In this document: positions 37,310 to 48,600 of the stretch, piece after piece
How the letters are laid out: the number at the start of each line of letters is the position of its first letter
How positions within the stretch are numbered: position 1 is the stretch's first letter
From: a bacterium
Lineage (GTDB): Bacteria; Bacillota_I; Bacilli_A; RFN20; CAG-288
NCBI GenBank assembly: GCA_963648975.1
Contig: CAVJFW010000003.1
Location: 2,921 to 66,920, forward strand
Direction of reading: 5' to 3'
Length of the DNA stretch: 64,000 nt
Made by a program: the position numbers and the translations under genes
The notes under the pieces: model-generated
Told to the model about the DNA's origin: nothing
Database searches by the model: none
Seen by the model: only the letters and a program-made list of their open reading frames with translations

Positions 37310-38600
37310 GAAGACCCAAAATACCAGTCAACTCATTCTGCATGAAAGAATCTCCATCACGGTGCTTGTCATGTCCGTGATGGCGATATTCATTTTCTTT
37401 GTCGGTTTTTTTGTTCCTTTTTTCCAAAGAAGAAACATCCGAGTCTCTGCCTACAAGACATTGGATCAGGCTGTCATAAAGTGTGTCAATGCGACATATG
37501 GCTACGGGTCGAATGACAATCTGCTCAGTGAATACAACAAAAGCATCTTTGTTGTCATCAAGGACAACGACGGAACTCATTTTTTCCCTGAATCCATGGA
37601 CAATCAGACAAAGATCACACTTCAGGATAAATTTACTACAATCAGCGTGAAACAGAATTCGAGGGAAAACAGTCTCAACGATTCCGTATTCCTCTCCTAT
37701 ATGGATTCTGATTATGTCGAGTCGAATCTTTCCATCGAAAAAAGCAAGGAAATCATCTCCAAACCGATTGATGTTCCTGACGAGGCATTGATATATGCCG
37801 GCATCGACAAGAAACAGGAACTCGATGCCGCATCTTCTTTTGCCCTGATTTTAGGCGTAGTCCTCCTCATCGGCTTTGTCTGTCTTCTTCCGATAATCTA
37901 CCTCATTTCCTCAAGGGTCATGAAACCGACAAAGGATACCATCCGACATGAAAAGGAATTCGTGGCCAATGCCTCCCATGAACTGAAGACACCGCTTGCC
38001 ATCATCACGGCTGATGCGGAAATACTCAAGGAAAAGAATCCGGAAAACTACGAATATGTCAACAATATCATCAACCAGTGCAACAACATGAACGAAACCG
38101 TGCTTGATATGATTGATCTATCCAAGCTTGAGGCAGTACAGAGGAATCTCGAGGATGTCAATTTCTCCGAACTTCTTCTTAACCTCTGCCTTTCCTTTGA
38201 TGCATTGGCGTTTGAGAGAGAAATCGATTATGCGTATGATGTCGATGAGAACATCATCCTTCACGATGCGGATAAGAAGAATCTCACACGTCTTGTCAAT
38301 CTTCTCATCGACAATGCCATGAAATACACGGAAGACCCGAAATATATCAGAGTTTCACTGAAGATGGTGAAGAAGGAACCGGTGTTCAAGGTCTATAATT
38401 CGGGATGCCAGGTATTTGACGAAGACCGGGAAAAAGTCTTCGAAAGATTCTACCAAGGCAAATCCGGTGCTGACAATGAAAGAAAAGGCTCTGGACTCGG
38501 ACTTGCCATCGTCAAGCAGATCTGTGACACTTACAAATATCGTATTTCCATCGACTCACATTATCACAAGGATATGATGTTTACCATTTTGATGAAATAA
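37299..38600 (+). CDS. sensor histidine kinase (HisKA/HATPase_c)
   Basis: Two TM helices flank an extracytoplasmic domain. H-box ASHELKTPL, N-box LIDNAMKYT and G-box GSGLGLAIV. It overlaps the RR stop. Confidence 0.85.
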   Translation: MKTKKTQNTSQLILHERISITVLVMSVMAIFIFFVGFFVPFFQRRNIRVSAYKTLDQAVIKCVNATYGYGSNDNLLSEYNKSIFVVIKDNDGTHFFPESMDNQTKITLQDKFTTISVKQNSRENSLNDSVFLSYMDSDYVESNLSIEKSKEIISKPIDVPDEALIYAGIDKKQELDAASSFALILGVVLLIGFVCLLPIIYLISSRVMKPTKDTIRHEKEFVANASHELKTPLAIITADAEILKEKNPENYEYVNNIINQCNNMNETVLDMIDLSKLEAVQRNLEDVNFSELLLNLCLSFDALAFEREIDYAYDVDENIILHDADKKNLTRLVNLLIDNAMKYTEDPKYIRVSLKMVKKEPVFKVYNSGCQVFDEDREKVFERFYQGKSGADNERKGSGLGLAIVKQICDTYKYRISIDSHYHKDMMFTILMK

Positions 38601-38722
38601 ATGTTGAAACGGCTTTCACTGAAAAGTTCCTGTTTTTTGTATGCTTTCCTTATGTTAATATAATCTATATTTCAATTTCGCCGTCTTTCAGTATCTTACT
38701 TGTTCAGAAAAGGAGCCAAATC

Positions 38723-40189
38723 ATGCAAAACAAGATTGTTATGGAAGGTATCACATTCGACGACGTGTTATTATTGCCCCGGTATTCGGAAATCACTCCG
38801 GATATGGTTACGCTCAAGTCTAGACTGACAAAACATATCACCTTGAACATTCCTCTTCTTTCCGCTGCCATGGATACGGTCACGGAAGCAGACATGGCCA
38901 TCGCCTTGGCCAGGGAAGGTGGCATAGGCATTATCCATAAGAATATGACCATTGAACGTCAGGCCAAGGAAGTTGACAAGGTAAAGAGAAGTGAGAATGG
39001 CGTCATCACCGATCCTATCACTCTTTCCCCTGACAAGACATTACAGGATGCCTTGAAGATTCTTTCTGATTACCATATTTCTGGCATTCCGATCACCGAT
39101 GAGGACAGAAAGCTCATTGGTATCATCACCAACCGCGACCTCAAGTTCGAACATAATCTGACAAAGAAGATTTCCGAAGTCATGACAAGCGAGAACCTTG
39201 TCGTCGGCAAGGTCGGAACAACGCTTGACGAGGCAAAGGAAATCCTTGCCCGTGCCAAGAAGGAAAAACTTCCTATCGTCGATGATGAATTCCATCTCTG
39301 TGGTCTTATCACCATCAAGGATATCGACAAAATCCAGCAATATCCGAATTCCGCCAAGGACAAATATGGAAGACTCCTTTGCGGCGCCGGAATTGGCATC
39401 ACCAAGGATTATCTCATTCGTGCCAAGGCTTTGATAGATGCGGGTGTCGATGTTCTTGTCCTTGACAGTGCCCACGGCGACAGCAAAAATGTCGTACTAG
39501 CCCTCAAGGAACTCAAGAAGAATTTCCCGGATACTGATGTCATCGCTGGAAACATCGCTACCTATCAGGGAGCCAAGGATCTCATGGAAGCCGGTGCGGA
39601 TGCCGTAAAGGTCGGTATGGGACCTGGTTCCATCTGTACCACGCGAGTCATCTCCGGCATGGGTGTTCCTCAAATCACTGCCATCATGGAAGCAAAGAGA
39701 GCCAGTCTCGAATATGACTGTCCGATCATCGGTGATGGCGGAATCAAATATTCCGGTGACATCACCAAGGCTCTTGCAGCCGGTGCCGACACCGTCATGA
39801 TGGGTGCAATCTTCGGAGGCTGTGAGGAAGCTCCTGGAGATACCGAAATCTTCCATGGAAGAAAATACAAGGTCTATCGTGGCATGGGTTCCCTTGCTGC
39901 AATGGAACAGGCCCACGGTTCTGCTGACAGATACTTCCAGTCAGGACATAGAAAACTTGTTCCTGAAGGTGTCGAAGGCAGAGTCCCATTCAGAGGCAAT
40001 GCAAGCGACGTCATCTTCGAACTTCTCGGCGGTATCCGTTCCGGTATGGGATATCTAGGCGTCACGACCATCAAGGATCTTCAGGATAAGAGCGAATTCG
40101 TCAAGATTACCTCCGCTTCCCTCAAGGAATCCCATCCACACGACATCGACATCACCAAGGAAGCTCCTAACTACTACACTGAAAAATAA
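38723..40189 (+). CDS. guaB: IMP dehydrogenase
   Basis: [11 protein letters not shown], a CBS pair, the catalytic loop [11 protein letters not shown], and GGIKYSGD. Confidence 0.95.
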   Translation: MQNKIVMEGITFDDVLLLPRYSEITPDMVTLKSRLTKHITLNIPLLSAAMDTVTEADMAIALAREGGIGIIHKNMTIERQAKEVDKVKRSENGVITDPITLSPDKTLQDALKILSDYHISGIPITDEDRKLIGIITNRDLKFEHNLTKKISEVMTSENLVVGKVGTTLDEAKEILARAKKEKLPIVDDEFHLCGLITIKDIDKIQQYPNSAKDKYGRLLCGAGIGITKDYLIRAKALIDAGVDVLVLDSAHGDSKNVVLALKELKKNFPDTDVIAGNIATYQGAKDLMEAGADAVKVGMGPGSICTTRVISGMGVPQITAIMEAKRASLEYDCPIIGDGGIKYSGDITKALAAGADTVMMGAIFGGCEEAPGDTEIFHGRKYKVYRGMGSLAAMEQAHGSADRYFQSGHRKLVPEGVEGRVPFRGNASDVIFELLGGIRSGMGYLGVTTIKDLQDKSEFVKITSASLKESHPHDIDITKEAPNYYTEK

Positions 40190-40332
40190 GATAACTACAA
40201 AGACTGTCACGGACTGGTATGAATGTACTGGTCTTGTGACAGTTTTTTTATGGAAATTAAACAATTTGACTGAAAAGAACTTGTCATAATGTGATATGTG
40301 TAATTAAATCTGTCTTGCACATATCGAGATAC

Positions 40333-40361
40333 TTGATTTTTTTTTTTTTTTTGAGTATTCT
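40333..40361 (+). promoter_or_regulatory. candidate promoter whose -35/-10 spacer is a homopolymeric T tract
   Basis: TTGATT (40333-40338), a 17-nt spacer (14 T plus GAG), then TATTCT (40356-40361), about 30 nt upstream of the collagen-like lipoprotein ATG. The -10 is weak, so the call is tentative. Confidence 0.4.
40337..40352. repeat. T16 homopolymer
   Basis: Counted directly: 16 consecutive T residues. I noticed no longer homopolymer in the window. Confidence 0.95.
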
Positions 40362-40390
40362 TTCTTTTAAAAGAAAGGATTTTAAATCGT

Positions 40391-42523
<2,133 letters not shown>

Positions 42524-42547
42524 TTTGATCAATTAAATCAACATAGA

Positions 42548-42580
42548 AAATGGCACTCCGTTATTACGAGAGTGCCATTT
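42548..42580 (+). terminator. probable terminator of the collagen-like gene
   Basis: TGGCACTC ... GAGTGCCA hairpin followed by a short T-run. Confidence 0.5.
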
Positions 42581-42644
42581 CATGTATTTTAAGTAATATA
42601 TGATAATCAATCCAAATTGTTAAGTTTGTTATCATTTGCTTTCA

Positions 42645-42679
42645 AATAAAAAAACTGCATCACCATAAGGCGATGCAGT
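42645..42679 (-). terminator. intrinsic terminator of mscL
   Basis: ACTGCATC ... GATGCAGT hairpin, followed on the minus strand by a run of seven T. Confidence 0.7.
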
Positions 42680-42690
42680 GATTTGTTTAC

Positions 42691-43383
42691 TTACTTGGAT
42701 TCTTCAGTGGATTCTTCGGATTCTTCGGCTTTCTTTGCTTCTTCCTTAGCTTTGATCTTGGCAAGCATCTGAGCTTCGAAGGCAGCTCTCTTGGCCTTGA
42801 GACCATTGAAGACCTTGACGATGGTGAAGAGTGTCATGGCGATGATGAGGAAGGAGATGATGGCATTGATGAAGGTACCCCAGTCGATGACGGCAGACAT
42901 ATTGAAGGTATAGGTGGTTCCGTGAAGAGTGTACTTGCTGAGGATGGTTGTCTTCATGTTTTCAATCAAGGTTGGAGTGGCATCGACAGTAGCCTGACCA
43001 TAGGTTGCAACAGCTTCCTTGATGGCAAGTGACTGTAAGTCAGCTGCCTTGAAGAACTGTCCTAAACCATTTGCGGCATCCATACCCTTCTGAGCATCAT
43101 TGACTGCCGGTAAGACAGTGACAAGACCCTTAAGACCACCTGGGACACCCCATGTGCAGACACTGAGAAGGATGTTGGTCAAAGCGGTGACGATGGCACC
43201 GAAGGCAGAACCCATGATGACACCGACTGCCATATCAAGGACATTACCCTTGGAAATGAACTTCTTGAAGTCGTTCCACAATGTTTCGCCGTTGGCCTTT
43301 CTCTGTTCCTTGGCCTGTTTTTTTGCTAATTTCTTAGCCTGCTTTTCTTCTTCTGTTAACTTTTTCATTTTTTTATTCTCCAA
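42691..43383 (-). CDS. mscL: large-conductance mechanosensitive channel with expanded loop and termini
   Basis: TM1 signature [20 protein letters not shown]. However, it is 230 aa long, with a Lys-rich N-terminal extension and about 95 aa between TM1 and TM2. Confidence 0.75.
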   Translation of the reverse strand: MENKKMKKLTEEEKQAKKLAKKQAKEQRKANGETLWNDFKKFISKGNVLDMAVGVIMGSAFGAIVTALTNILLSVCTWGVPGGLKGLVTVLPAVNDAQKGMDAANGLGQFFKAADLQSLAIKEAVATYGQATVDATPTLIENMKTTILSKYTLHGTTYTFNMSAVIDWGTFINAIISFLIIAMTLFTIVKVFNGLKAKRAAFEAQMLAKIKAKEEAKKAEESEESTEESK

Positions 43384-43446
43384 AAAAATACTTTACAATT
43401 GTAACATCTTAAAATCTATTTTCAACAATTAAAGGAAAGTAAGTGG

Positions 43447-43794
43447 TTACTTTCTGAAGGTATCGTTAAGAATTTCCTTGAATTCCTCTTCTGGACGGGA
43501 ACCCATAAGGACTTCTTCCTTTGTTCCATCGATGGTGACATGGATTCTTTTTCCATCCTTGAATGCGACCATGGTAGGAATGGACATTACGCCGAACTGC
43601 TGGGCGATTTCAGGAAAATCATCCGTGTCTACCTTCAGGAAGGTGATGTCCTTTTCCTCTTCTTCGATGTCTTCGATGACTCTCGACATCATTCTGCATG
43701 GGCCACACCATTTGGCATTGAAATCGACAAGCACATTTCCACCCTGGTTGATGATGTCCACGAATTCCTTCAATTCAGATAATACTTTGATCAT
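43447..43794 (-). CDS. trxA: thioredoxin
   Basis: WCGPC active site; 115 aa; cis-Pro region SIPT. Confidence 0.9.
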   Translation of the reverse strand: MIKVLSELKEFVDIINQGGNVLVDFNAKWCGPCRMMSRVIEDIEEEEKDITFLKVDTDDFPEIAQQFGVMSIPTMVAFKDGKRIHVTIDGTKEEVLMGSRPEEEFKEILNDTFRK

Positions 43795-43854
43795 GTTTGT
43801 TTTCTCCTCAGTAAAAAGAATATCAAATCTGCCTTGATTTGAAAAATGATTTGC

Positions 43855-44730
43855 TCAGAAATCAGCCAAAACACCAAAACACATGGACATGATGCCTAGA
43901 ATGATGAGGTGAAGAGGATAATAGGCATAAAAGGAATATTTGATGACCTTGTTGTCGAATCCTCTCTTTCCGTTATATAACAGGATGAAGATTCCGGCAA
44001 GAGTAGAATAGGTTCCGATAGGTACGAATTCATTAGGGATGACAAAGGCCGTGTAATTGAGCCTGTAGATGAGATAGAAGATGGCTTCCGTAAGGACGAG
44101 TGCGACACATTCGGCAAGCTGATATGACTTTCCAGGATTGAGTATGTAGGCATCTTCCTCAAGTCCGGAATTCACAGCCTTTCTTTTCAGATAGATATCC
44201 GTTGCTTCCCGGGCAATGAAGAAGAAGAGGAACAGAATGATGGAAAAGGTTCCCCAGTCTGATTTGAAAAGTGTCCCATAGGAGTCGGAAATGACGAAAT
44301 CAGAGAATATTTCGTATAATAACGGAAGAACTGCAAGAAGGGAATAACGGTCTTTCCTCCTCAAAAGGGAAATCATCACTACGCCCATGAAAAGATCGGT
44401 GAATGCATTTCCCAGGATAGGGTTCGAAGCGATTGTGATGTTGTTTATGGCTCCAAAGGCATAGGCAAAGCCATCAAGCAGTATTGCCATGCTTCCAAGT
44501 CGAAGAAGATACATTTTTATATTCCTTGACTTGTAGGCACCCTCGACGGCCAGAAAGGCAAAGATTGGGAAAGCCATTTTGCCTATGGCACGAAGAAGAT
44601 AATATGAGGTTGGGATATCTCCTGTCCCTCTTTGGATGAAAAGAAGTGCCACATGATCCATCGTCATCATGACACATGCGATGATTTTCAGCCAAAAAGC
44701 CGAAATTCCAATATTTTCACGTTTTTCCAT
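43855..44730 (-). CDS. TraX-family membrane protein
   Basis: N-terminal FWLKIIACVMMTMDHVALLF matches the TraX signature (LK..A...M..DH); polytopic. Start set at MEKREN, directly after the upstream stop. Confidence 0.6.
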   Translation of the reverse strand: MEKRENIGISAFWLKIIACVMMTMDHVALLFIQRGTGDIPTSYYLLRAIGKMAFPIFAFLAVEGAYKSRNIKMYLLRLGSMAILLDGFAYAFGAINNITIASNPILGNAFTDLFMGVVMISLLRRKDRYSLLAVLPLLYEIFSDFVISDSYGTLFKSDWGTFSIILFLFFFIAREATDIYLKRKAVNSGLEEDAYILNPGKSYQLAECVALVLTEAIFYLIYRLNYTAFVIPNEFVPIGTYSTLAGIFILLYNGKRGFDNKVIKYSFYAYYPLHLIILGIMSMCFGVLADF

Positions 44731-44732
44731 AT

Positions 44733-45605
44733 TTATTTTCCGAATGTCTGAATAAAAGATACGATCATCGAGAACATATTTACCCCCATATGGGCAATCA
44801 TGCTTGAGGAAATCTTTCCTGATTTGGAGTAAGTCAATGCTAGGAAGAAACCTGATCCGATGTAGATGGGAAGATTCAGCCATTCATTATATAGAGCATA
44901 AGTGGCTTCCTTGATTACTTCCGCGGAATATTCCATCTCTTTATAATAGACCAGCTCGTTGTAGCAGTTGATGATGTCTGCATGGATGCAACCAAAGATG
45001 ATGGCAGAAAGGATGATTCCCAGCCATCTCAATTTGTATTTATGGCCGAATGTGTCGACAAGTCCGATTCTGTAGGTGAGTTCTTCAGCAAATGGTGCAA
45101 AGAAAACGGTCATTATGAACATCAATACAGGATATACGCTCGTCATGCTTTCTATGCTGGATTCGTTGTTGTTGTTTCCGTAGAATGAGAAGGAGACACT
45201 GAACAGATTCCCCAAGAGGAGCTGATAACCAAGAACCAAACCAAATCCGATCAATGCCCAGACATAGGTGTCCGGCTTCTTTAGTTCATTGATGAATTTT
45301 CGGTATGTCTTTCGTTTGTCAAGAAATATGAAACCCACGAATGCCAGAACCAGAAGAAGGTAGGTGAGGAAGTTGACAAGCACCTGGGCAAGTGTCAGGT
45401 TCTCCGTAGGCAGAAGTGTCAGAACCATGATTCTGCTGATGATGAGGGAAATGAGTTTTAACCCTAGGAAACCAATGAGGAAAAAGGCGATTTTTTCCCA
45501 TAATGGAAGCCAGTCGTTCAGCTCAGAACGTGGAAAAAAGCTTCGTTCCTTTGTACTATCATTGTATTTTTCGCTTGAATTGTCATCGTTGTTGAAGATT
45601 TCCAT
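44733..45605 (-). CDS. CPBP-family intramembrane glutamic endopeptidase (CAAX protease/Abi)
   Basis: Motif 1 FFAPFAEELTYR and motif 2 FGCIH, plus a C-terminal His motif (SSMIAHMGVN). Confidence 0.75.
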   Translation of the reverse strand: MEIFNNDDNSSEKYNDSTKERSFFPRSELNDWLPLWEKIAFFLIGFLGLKLISLIISRIMVLTLLPTENLTLAQVLVNFLTYLLLVLAFVGFIFLDKRKTYRKFINELKKPDTYVWALIGFGLVLGYQLLLGNLFSVSFSFYGNNNNESSIESMTSVYPVLMFIMTVFFAPFAEELTYRIGLVDTFGHKYKLRWLGIILSAIIFGCIHADIINCYNELVYYKEMEYSAEVIKEATYALYNEWLNLPIYIGSGFFLALTYSKSGKISSSMIAHMGVNMFSMIVSFIQTFGK

Positions 45606-45674
45606 TTTCAGAGCTCCATAATGTAGGCTTCATTATAGAGTATAATTGAAATTTTTGCTATAATTTTAATAAAT

Positions 45675-48600
45675 ATGACACCTAGTACATTGAATACCAT
45701 TCTGATCATCGTGTTCGTGTTGGTTGTCCTGATTGCCATTCTTGCTGGCGTCATCGGATTTCTCAAGGGAATATACAAGACGAGTCTGAAAACCATTCTG
45801 AAAACTATACTTGTCGTAGTCCTTGTCTTTACTACCCCATCCATTGCCATTCTTGTCGGTAAAATCAATATCCAGGGCATTCTTCAATCCGACAGTGCCG
45901 TCACCTTGCAGACGTGGATTGCCAACTTTGTCACCGAGTCCGGTCTCTTCTCGCCAATCAATGGCATTCAGATCTATGAGATGGCTTTTGTCATTGCTAC
46001 ATCTCTTCTTTCCTTTGCCGTGTTTCTTTTTGGAATGATATTGATCCAGATTTTCATTGTACCGCTGACACTTATTCTTTATCAGGGTATATTTCGTTGG
46101 ATTCTCCCTGTGGAAACCCCTAAGGAAAGAAAATTCAGAAAGAAAAACAAAGACGCTGCAGCCTTGAAGAAAGGACTTGTCGACGAAGACAACAACATTC
46201 TTGATAAGCCGAGACGTAAATGGTCTTTGTTCCGTATCCCTTCTGCCATCATTGGTGGAATACAGGAATTCGGCTTTGTCCTCATCCTTCTTACGCCGAT
46301 TGTTTCCCTTGCCACAACGGCATTGAAGAATCGTGACGGAATAAAGAATGTCATGACTTCCATGGATGTGTCTGAAGAAAATCAGAATCTTGTTTCATCC
46401 TACCTTGATACAATCGAGAACTCATGGATTTACAATCTTATTTCCTTCAGCAAACTGGATACTACCTTGATAAACAAGGCAACATCGGTAAGTGTCAATG
46501 GGGAATCCATCAGTTTCAATATTCTTGTCTCCTCTTCCTTCGATCTTATCAATCCGCTTCTTGAAAATGAGACGATATCCTATGATTCGGCATATAAGAA
46601 ACTGACCGTGAATTATTCGGCCCTCATGTCTCTTACGACGATTGACGGGATTGTGGATACATTATCCTCCAATCCAATGCTTCTTGCCTTGCTTCCACCA
46701 TTGTTGGATTCAGCCATGAATTCCATTTCGGGCGATTATTTTGCCTTGAACTCCCTTGATTTCTCCAATATCGATTATTCCAGTGAAATCACTGTCTTGA
46801 GAGATATTTATTCGATTGTCTATGATTCAGGCATCAAGCCGCTTCTCAATGGAAACGACTTTGATTTCAATCATTATGTCATGAAGGTTTCCTCATTCAC
46901 TGATGATGATATATTGTCTTATGTCAGTGCAGTCCGTGAATTGGGAAAAATGGAAGTCGTCAGGAAGAATCTTCCTGCTCTTCTCTCTTCCCTAGGTGTC
47001 TACCTCAACCAAAAAGGATATAATATCTTTCCTACCGAGGCCTCAGCGTATGAAAATGTGGATTGGTCCGAGGATTTGGCCATCATCACATCTGTTGCCC
47101 TGAAATTCTTCAGGCTGATTCAAGTCGACATCCAAAGCAAGATGGATGCCACTGAACTGAAGAACAAAATCATTTTGGCATTGAAAGATGATGGCAAACG
47201 TGAACAGATTGAAGAATTCATGTGTTCCGGTGATGACGAAAAGGGCCTTCTGGATACAGAACTTTTCTCCATCGTCTCCCTTCCGGATATTCTTTCCTCA
47301 TCATTCAGCACTGTCCCTTCCCTTTCCGAATACTCAAGCCAGATAGATTACCATCAGATTTTCTCCGGTTATGGTAGTGAAGACTATAAGAAGGAAATCC
47401 ATGTCCTGTTTGATATGCTGGATGTTCTTTTTGCTGCGGATAGCAAAATCAATGTTGAAAATTTCTTCTCTGCCGATTTTACGGATGAGACCGTTTCCGC
47501 TCAGATTGTCGATTTACTTAAACTGGCAAGGAATTCCAGGATTTTTTCTTCAATGTATCCGACATTGCTGAAGACCCTTCTCTATTCCGGAAAATTCAAT
47601 TTCTCGAATTATCTCTTCGGACTTACACCATATAATTTCAATTATTCATCCGGGACTTTCATCGATGATTTCATCTCCTTGGTGGAAATTCTTCCTTCCA
47701 TTGCTGATATGATGAAGAATCTTTCAGATTCAACACTCTCGAGAAAGGAAAAGCTGGAGTCCATCGATACTGCCCTCATCGAAAAAATGCTTACGATTAT
47801 CACTTCATCGGATTTCTTCAATTCGGATCAATTGACCGGAATCTCTTCGGTAAAACAGAAAAACATCAATATTCAGACAGTTCTTTCCAATTTCTTCTCA
47901 AATGACATCTTCGCAACCATCGGATTTGTCACACCGGATCTTCAGACAATGCAGAACATCGATTGGATCGGAACGACAGAAAAGAGAGGCGAAATCAGCA
48001 ATATCTGTCACATAGTCGAGGATTTCAAGAAGAACCCTTATTTTGGTTCTTCCTCCAAATTCAATCTGAAAGACATAGAAGATACTTCTGCCTTCTCTGA
48101 TCTGATTACGGATGGCCTGGAGTCAGACCTGCTTCATGATTCGATATTGAACATCATCGATGATTCCATGAATCAATATCTCGAAAAGATGGGTATCCAT
48201 ATGTCAATCTCCGAGATGCGAACTGAATTGTGGATTGAGGAATCAGATGAAATCGCAGACCTCATTTCCATCCTGCAGGAATTTGATTTCGATGATTTTG
48301 ACCTTAAGAATATGGATCTCAACCTTTTGAATGCCCTGCTTACCCAAGTCAGACAGATGAAACTTTTTGACTATGTCAATACTTCCAACGGTGATTCGTT
48401 TGGTTCTCTCTTATATCATGTCCTGCTTAAATCCGACATTCAATCCTTGATCAATCTGACAACCCTGGACAGTTCCCTGTTTTCTCAGGATGCATCCCTT
48501 TGGTCAGTGGAAACAAGTGAGTATGAATATCAAACCAAGGATAGATATAACAATCCCGTCACCAAAAGATTTGTTGTCACATCCGATGGTGATATCAGCA

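Noticed and set aside
45608-45887. Two minus-strand ORFs (90 and 73 aa) overlapping the 5' end of the giant gene.
   Set aside because: They are antisense to the TM-helix-encoding start of a 4.8-kb ORF and overlap the CPBP promoter region. Neither has an RBS, and their composition mirrors the sense strand.
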